DNA of 64,000 nucleotides from the NCBI GenBank assembly GCA_033549025.1, contig JAWSUS010000003.1:64001-128000 (forward strand), in the 5' to 3' direction. Of the stretch, positions 58,753 through 64,000 are shown piece after piece. This stretch comes from Desulfuromonadales bacterium (GTDB lineage: Bacteria; Desulfobacterota; Desulfuromonadia; Desulfuromonadales; SZUA-540). Position 1 is the stretch's first letter; each line of letters begins with the position of its first letter. The position numbers and the translations under genes were made by a program. The notes beneath the pieces were generated by a model, which worked only from the letters and a program-made list of their open reading frames with translations, searched no databases and was not told the DNA's origin.

Positions 58753-60417
58753 TCACATCTGCTCCGGCGCCGAAACACCGAGCAGGTTCAAGGCATTGGC
58801 AAAGACGATACGTACACTGTTGGCCAGATAGAGCCGCGCTTTGCTGGTCTCCACATCGTCAACCAGAATGCGCTGGCGGTTGTAATAGCTGTGAAACTGT
58901 GCGGCCAACTCCTGCAGATAAAAGGTGATACGGTGAGGTTCATGGTGTCGGGCCGCCCCCAGCACGATTTCGGGATAGCGGGCCAGCAACTTGGCCAACG
59001 CCAGCTCTTCCTCCAGGGTCAGGCAATCGAAGTCGACTTCGCCGATGGCGGGCACCTGAAGCTTCTGGGTTTCGGCATTGCGGTTGATGCTGCAGACGCG
59101 AGCATGGGCGTATTGCACATAATAGACGGGATTTTCGGTACTCTGCTGTTTGGCCAACTCCAGATCGAAATCGAGCTGACTGTCGGAGCGGCGCATCAGG
59201 AAAAAATAGCGACAGGCATCCTTGCCGACCTCATCGACTACTTCGCGCAGCGTCACGAATTCGCCGGAGCGGGTACTCATGGCCACCTGCTGGCCACCCC
59301 GCAGCAGATTAACCAGCTGGACAAGCAGCACCTGCAGGTCATCGGGATTACGCCCCAAGGCCTGCACAACCGCTTTCATCCGAGGGATATAGCCATGGTG
59401 GTCAGCCCCCCAGACATCGATGACCTGGTCGAAGCCCCGCTCGAACTTCTCCTTGTGGTAGGCGACGTCGGAGGCGAAGTAGGTGGTGGCGCCGTTGGAG
59501 CGCACCATGACGCGGTCTTTGTCGTCGCCAAAGTCGGTGGTGCGGAACCAGATGGCCTCATCCTTTTCATAGGCGTAGCCTTTTTCCTGCAGCAGGGCAA
59601 CCCCCTGCTCCACCTGGCCGCGGTCGTACAAGCCCTGCTCGCTGTACCAGTTGTCGAAATGCACGCCAAAAGCCTGCAAATCCGCATCAATACCGGCCAG
59701 AATCTTTTGGCCGCCATATTCGGCAAAGGCGCGGACGGCCTCTTCTTCGGAAGCCCGCACATAGCGCTCGCCTTCGGCGTCAAGAACCTCCTGCGCCAGT
59801 TCGCGAATGTAGTCGCCCTGGTAGCAGTCCTGGGGAAAATTAACCTCTTCGCCCAGCAGTTGACGATAGCGCAGATAGAGGGAGCGCCCCAGGGTGTTCA
59901 TCTGGTTGCCGGCATCGTTGATGTAGTATTCACACTGCACATCATAACCGGTCGCCTTCAGCAGGGAGGCGACCGCATCTCCCGTAGCGGCGCCCCGTCC
60001 ATGGCCGATATGCAGAGGACCGGTCGGATTGGCACTGACAAATTCCACCTGAACCTTTTTGCCGGCACCGGCCTGGCTCTCCCCGTAGCGACGGCCATGG
60101 CGATAGATATCGTCGAGCACCCCATACCAGCAGCGATTGGTCAAAAAGAAGTTGATGAATCCGGGCCCGGCCACGGTCACCTTGTTCCACAGTTCGCCGC
60201 CGTCACCCAAGGCCGCCAGCAGGATCTCGGCAATCTGACGCGGAGCCTTCTTTTCTGCCCGAGCCAGCAGCATGGCCGCATTCGTCGCATAATCGCCATG
60301 TTCGGCATGGGCGGGAACTTCCACGGTAAATTCGGGATAGAGCCCCGAGGCCAGAGTCCCCTTGGCGTAACAATCGGCCAGGGCATCTTTGATGTGTTTC
60401 GCTAACCGTTCTTTCAT
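58753..60417 (-). CDS. argS: arginyl-tRNA synthetase
   Basis: EFVSANPTGPLHIGH, WGADHHGY, MSTRSG, YYVQYAHAR. Confidence 0.98.
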   Translation of the reverse strand: MKERLAKHIKDALADCYAKGTLASGLYPEFTVEVPAHAEHGDYATNAAMLLARAEKKAPRQIAEILLAALGDGGELWNKVTVAGPGFINFFLTNRCWYGVLDDIYRHGRRYGESQAGAGKKVQVEFVSANPTGPLHIGHGRGAATGDAVASLLKATGYDVQCEYYINDAGNQMNTLGRSLYLRYRQLLGEEVNFPQDCYQGDYIRELAQEVLDAEGERYVRASEEEAVRAFAEYGGQKILAGIDADLQAFGVHFDNWYSEQGLYDRGQVEQGVALLQEKGYAYEKDEAIWFRTTDFGDDKDRVMVRSNGATTYFASDVAYHKEKFERGFDQVIDVWGADHHGYIPRMKAVVQALGRNPDDLQVLLVQLVNLLRGGQQVAMSTRSGEFVTLREVVDEVGKDACRYFFLMRRSDSQLDFDLELAKQQSTENPVYYVQYAHARVCSINRNAETQKLQVPAIGEVDFDCLTLEEELALAKLLARYPEIVLGAARHHEPHRITFYLQELAAQFHSYYNRQRILVDDVETSKARLYLANSVRIVFANALNLLGVSAPEQM

Positions 60418-60754
60418 GACCAGCTATTCTCTTTCCTGTGTTTTGGCTGAATCAGCCTCATTAATTGCAGATTCCTTCTGCAGCTGCACATCCTCGGTAA
60501 AATCGGGGCAATGAAGTGTGACATCGCCGCCCATGGCAAATCGCTTGGCACAGCTTTCCCGCCAGGCACAAAGAGGGCAGATTTTTTGGACATCCCTGGA
60601 CATACGCCGACACGTCTCCTCTCTTGCAAAAAGAGAGTTATGTTAGCGCCAGGCATGGATTCCTGTCAAGAAATCCCACGACAGACGCGCACATATCGTC
60701 CTGAAAATGGAGACCAAGCAAGATGGCGGAACCAGAAAAGCGTGAAAAGGACAA

Positions 60755-61108
60755 TCAGGGGGAGGAGGCAGAAGGGGAAGCGGCAGGGAGGCTTTCTTTC
60801 TCTTCGGCGGGAAACTGGTAGACCAGTTCGTCGTCCTTGACCATCCCCAAATCCTTCCGGGCAATGCCTTCGAGGTATTTGCGGTCCGAGCGCAGGGACT
60901 CTATCTCCTGCCGGAGGGCAGTATTCTCCTCTTCCAGGCGGCGTATATCTTCCGCCAGGGCATCGCCTTGCGCCTTGGCCTGCATGGCGCGCAAAACGCC
61001 ATTCTCGCCAAAAACGGCCACGCCTAGAAGCAGAAGCAGAAAAAGCAGAGACCACAGGGGGATGGAGGAAGTGGAGGATTTCGTTTTTACCGAATCGGAA
61101 TCTGACAT
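60755..61108 (-). CDS. ftsB: septum formation initiator (FtsB/DivIC family)
   Basis: TM, FG..G, coiled coil, E.IAR..LGMVK..E. Confidence 0.85.
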   Translation of the reverse strand: MSDSDSVKTKSSTSSIPLWSLLFLLLLLGVAVFGENGVLRAMQAKAQGDALAEDIRRLEEENTALRQEIESLRSDRKYLEGIARKDLGMVKDDELVYQFPAEEKESLPAASPSASSP

Positions 61109-61183
61109 ACCCGAGCCTGAATGTGCAGTGGAACATCGGTGCCCGCCGGCACAAGCCGACAGGCACCGACAGAAATCCCGTCA

Positions 61184-61483
61184 TTACTCGACGACGATAT
61201 AGTCCTTCAGTTTCTCCAGTTTCTTCTGGCCGATACCTTTGACATTGACCAGTTCATCGGAAGAACGGAATGGTCCTTTCTCCGTCCGATAGGCCACGAT
61301 CCGCTCCGCCGTTACCTGACCCACGTTAGGCAAGCGCTGCAGTTCTGCCACGGTAGCCTGATTGATATTTACCACGGCGACCGCAGCGGCCGCGTTCCCT
61401 CCCTGAAGAGGCTTGCTGTACCCTGTTGAAGCAACCATAAAGAGTGACAGCACCATAACACAAACAATAAAGACGTTCCTCAT
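61184..61483 (-). CDS. comEA: ComEA-family DNA-binding protein (signal peptide plus HhH)
   Basis: VNINQAT..EL..LP.VG...A.RIV.YR...GPF...VKGIG. Confidence 0.9.
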   Translation of the reverse strand: MRNVFIVCVMVLSLFMVASTGYSKPLQGGNAAAAVAVVNINQATVAELQRLPNVGQVTAERIVAYRTEKGPFRSSDELVNVKGIGQKKLEKLKDYIVVE

Positions 61484-61651
61484 TTAATTTTCTCCTAGAT
61501 GAAATGGTGATGACACACGTCAGGCCGACCGTCTCCCCCCTCCTTTCCGCCCCCTATGAGGCAGGTCAGGCGCGATCGTGTGGCCGATTCCTTAATCGGC
61601 CCATCCTAATTAACATATCATTAGAAAAAGTCAATTGGATTTAACCAAAAC

Positions 61652-61680
61652 ACAAAAAAACCGGCCAGGCCGGTTCTTGT
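61652..61680 (-). terminator. intrinsic terminator of lptD
   Basis: AACCGGCC..GGCCGGTT stem with a U-tract on the minus strand. Confidence 0.7.
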
Positions 61681-61709
61681 CAACAAATGGGGGTAAAGAG
61701 AGGGAAGGT

Positions 61710-63803
61710 TCAGTTTCGAGATTCCAGATCACGGCTGAAGCCGCCAAAGCGCCCCAAGCCGGACATGGAAAAAGAGAGCATGATCTCCGATTCGTCCAGA
61801 CGATCCCGGTAGGTAAGAAAGAGGCTCCAGCATTGTGCCCGATATTCCGCATCGACCAGATTTTCCAGGGTCTGTCCTTCCAGCAGATCACGCCGGTGCT
61901 CGTAGCGCAGGTGAATCGGCGCCAACAGACCGGTAGTCAGGGTACCGCCAAGATATTCGAGCTCAGCGCTGCCTTCATCTTCCTTGGCCTGCCGGTACTC
62001 GATGGATAGGGCGTTTTTCCGTTGGTCTTTTATGGTGCCTCGCGCATTGAAACGCACGAGATCCTGCTGGTCCGAGTCAAAGTCGTAGGATGCGTCGAGA
62101 TCGAGAGTGGCATAGCGGGACGGACGCAGAATGAGCTCACCGCGCAGAGGCGAGAAGGGATGGCGAGAGGAATCCTCAGGTTCGAGATCGCGACGGCCCT
62201 CCTCAATGTCATACGCCTGGGACAGGCGCAGATAGAGAAATTCGAGATAATCCGCCTCGTCTGTCGTTTTTTCCCTTCGGGCCGTCCAGCGATTGGTCAG
62301 TCCGAAGACAAGGTGGTTCTTTTCCCAGAGGCGGTCATCTCTGTCGAAATAGGGCAAGTGGCTCTGATCTTCTTCCGGAATATAGCGATAGAGGATTTCA
62401 GGCTCGAGGCTGTGACGGATTTTTCGCCAAGAACCCCATTCAGCCGAAAATACCCGACTCAGGCGGGTAGAGAGGCGAGCGGTAATTTCGGGCATTCCTT
62501 CTTGTTCTTCGCTGTCGGAAGTCCAGTAGAATCGCTGCCGGTAGGCCAGCTCCGGCGAAAAGTCAAAGACACCCCAGGGGCGGAAGGCAGCGGCCACCAC
62601 CGGCCGGAGATCGAGGCGCTCCCCCTTGAGCCCTTCTTTGCGCCAGAAATAGTTGGATGAACTATCGAACTGCAGATAGAAGGGGGTGGCGCCCACACGC
62701 TGGCGGATCACATCCACCCGAACCTCCGGCAGGCGTTGCAGAACGGTGTCATCATCCCGGTCAATGACCTGGATATACTGCAGCTGTGCCGTGGCGTTGG
62801 TTTTTCCCCAGCTTCGACTGAGGTAAACTGTCGACTTGGTTTGATCCTTGTTGTATTCGCCGGCGATGTCACCGAAGTCCTCAAAGTAATCCCGGCTGCT
62901 GACGTATTCGACGTCGGCGGCCAGACGCACGCGACCGGGCAGGAAACCATAGTGATTCCACTCCAGCGCGTAACGGTCATCCGACTCGTCGTAGCTGCTG
63001 ATGTGATAACCTCGCATCTGACCTTCGTTTTCCCGCCCGAAAATGTAGCGATACTCCAGTCCCTTGCCTAACCCCATGCGGGCGAGGTAATCCAGGTAGA
63101 AGGTGGCATCCTGGTTGCGCGCGATAACCTGATAGTACGCGAGGTTGACCTGGAGGCCTTTTTTATCGGAATAACCGACGCTCGGCATCAAAAAACCGGA
63201 AGAACGCTCGGTCTGCACGGGGTAAACGACGTAGGGAAGATAGAGAACGGGCAGGTCATGGAGGTAGAAGACCACGTGCTTGCCGCGGGCAAAACCGCCG
63301 AGAGTCACCTTGAGGTCGCTGGCCCCGAACTTCCAGGAAGGAATCTCGCCGTCGCAGGTGGTGAAGGTTCCCCGCCGGATACGGTAGGACTGCTCCCCGG
63401 TCTTTTCGACGGAATCCCCGGTCAGATAAAAATTGTCTTTACGCAGAAAGACCCTCGCCCCTTCTACCACACCGACACCCGAATCGATGTTCATCCGCAG
63501 CCGCTCCCCATCAAGGGTTCCCTGCGGCTCCTCCAGGTGCACGTCCCCTTCCGCAGAGACATGACCACTCAGGGAGTCCCACACGAGCGACTCGCTCTGC
63601 AAGGTCAGATTCCCCCGTCGCAACAGCACATCGCCGTCGGCCCGATAGGCACCGCTGCTTCTGTCGTAGCTCATGGCATCGGCCTGCAGGTGGACGGTCT
63701 CGGCCGGCAGACTATCGGCCGCACAGGATTCTCCCCCTGTCAAAATAAAGGCGAGCAGGGCAACACAAAAAGTCAGGACATATCGGCAATAGGAGCGCAT
63801 CAC
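61710..63803 (-). CDS. lptD: LPS-assembly protein LptD
   Basis: signal peptide, OstA-like N-domain, FTTC...P.W, P.LYLP, R.SGFL.P, QCW near the C-terminus. Confidence 0.9.
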   Translation of the reverse strand: MMRSYCRYVLTFCVALLAFILTGGESCAADSLPAETVHLQADAMSYDRSSGAYRADGDVLLRRGNLTLQSESLVWDSLSGHVSAEGDVHLEEPQGTLDGERLRMNIDSGVGVVEGARVFLRKDNFYLTGDSVEKTGEQSYRIRRGTFTTCDGEIPSWKFGASDLKVTLGGFARGKHVVFYLHDLPVLYLPYVVYPVQTERSSGFLMPSVGYSDKKGLQVNLAYYQVIARNQDATFYLDYLARMGLGKGLEYRYIFGRENEGQMRGYHISSYDESDDRYALEWNHYGFLPGRVRLAADVEYVSSRDYFEDFGDIAGEYNKDQTKSTVYLSRSWGKTNATAQLQYIQVIDRDDDTVLQRLPEVRVDVIRQRVGATPFYLQFDSSSNYFWRKEGLKGERLDLRPVVAAAFRPWGVFDFSPELAYRQRFYWTSDSEEQEGMPEITARLSTRLSRVFSAEWGSWRKIRHSLEPEILYRYIPEEDQSHLPYFDRDDRLWEKNHLVFGLTNRWTARREKTTDEADYLEFLYLRLSQAYDIEEGRRDLEPEDSSRHPFSPLRGELILRPSRYATLDLDASYDFDSDQQDLVRFNARGTIKDQRKNALSIEYRQAKEDEGSAELEYLGGTLTTGLLAPIHLRYEHRRDLLEGQTLENLVDAEYRAQCWSLFLTYRDRLDESEIMLSFSMSGLGRFGGFSRDLESRN

Positions 63804-64000
63804 AGGCCTTTTTCATCCTGCTGCTGCAGGTATTCACGGGCGGCCGCCACCAAATAGAGCGAACCGGCCACCAAAACGATTTCTTCAGGAGTCCTCTGCG
63901 CCAGCGCTGCAGCCAGAGCCTCCTCGGGGGAAAGCCAGGCCGAGCAAGGGACATCGTGCCGGGCGACGGCCTCACAGAGATCCTGAACTGCAACGGCTTC
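63800..64000 (-). CDS. folC: folylpolyglutamate synthase/dihydrofolate synthase, 3' end only
   Basis: open frame ...EEALAAA...IVLVAGSLYLVAAAR...; stop overlaps the lptD start. Confidence 0.8.
   Translation of the reverse strand, partial: EAVAVQDLCEAVARHDVPCSAWLSPEEALAAALAQRTPEEIVLVAGSLYLVAAAREYLQQQDEKGL

Overview
GC-rich, gene-dense chromosomal window whose gene content and order suggest a Desulfuromonadales/Geobacterales-type bacterium (inference). No prophage, IS element or CRISPR array was seen. From left to right: the 3' end of a sigma54 enhancer-binding protein, a divergent SatP-family channel, an orphan PAS histidine kinase, a double-domain CDP-alcohol phosphatidyltransferase, and an OFA-family MFS transporter with an in-frame Cys-rich N-terminal domain. 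Next come a ribosome-rescue cluster (efpL | efp-epmA-pldA | epmB/kamA-like), a beta-hydroxyacid dehydrogenase, polA, a type II secretion operon (gspC-N plus a putative outer-membrane protein), lon, and trpS with a Trp-rich leader-peptide attenuator. These are followed by several small proteins, DUF485-actP, a LysR regulator, and a long minus-strand housekeeping run (folC, lptD, comEA, ftsB-like, argS, SPOR, two Met tRNAs, tilS, ftsH, folP, cdaA, cdaR, glmM, pdxJ, acpS, nnr, CBS, tsaE, lysC, cimA, comEA-like, prfC, MBL hydrolase, asnS). The strongest unannotated signal is a two-promoter sigma54 mini-regulon: satP and the Cys-domain/OFA transporter share a -24/-12 promoter plus three TTGCA-N4-TGCAA-type sites in nearly identical geometry. 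Other notable signals are an apparently leaderless Trp attenuator and a structured leader with a terminator in front of lysC-cimA. All protein calls come from recognising motifs by eye; no database search was run.
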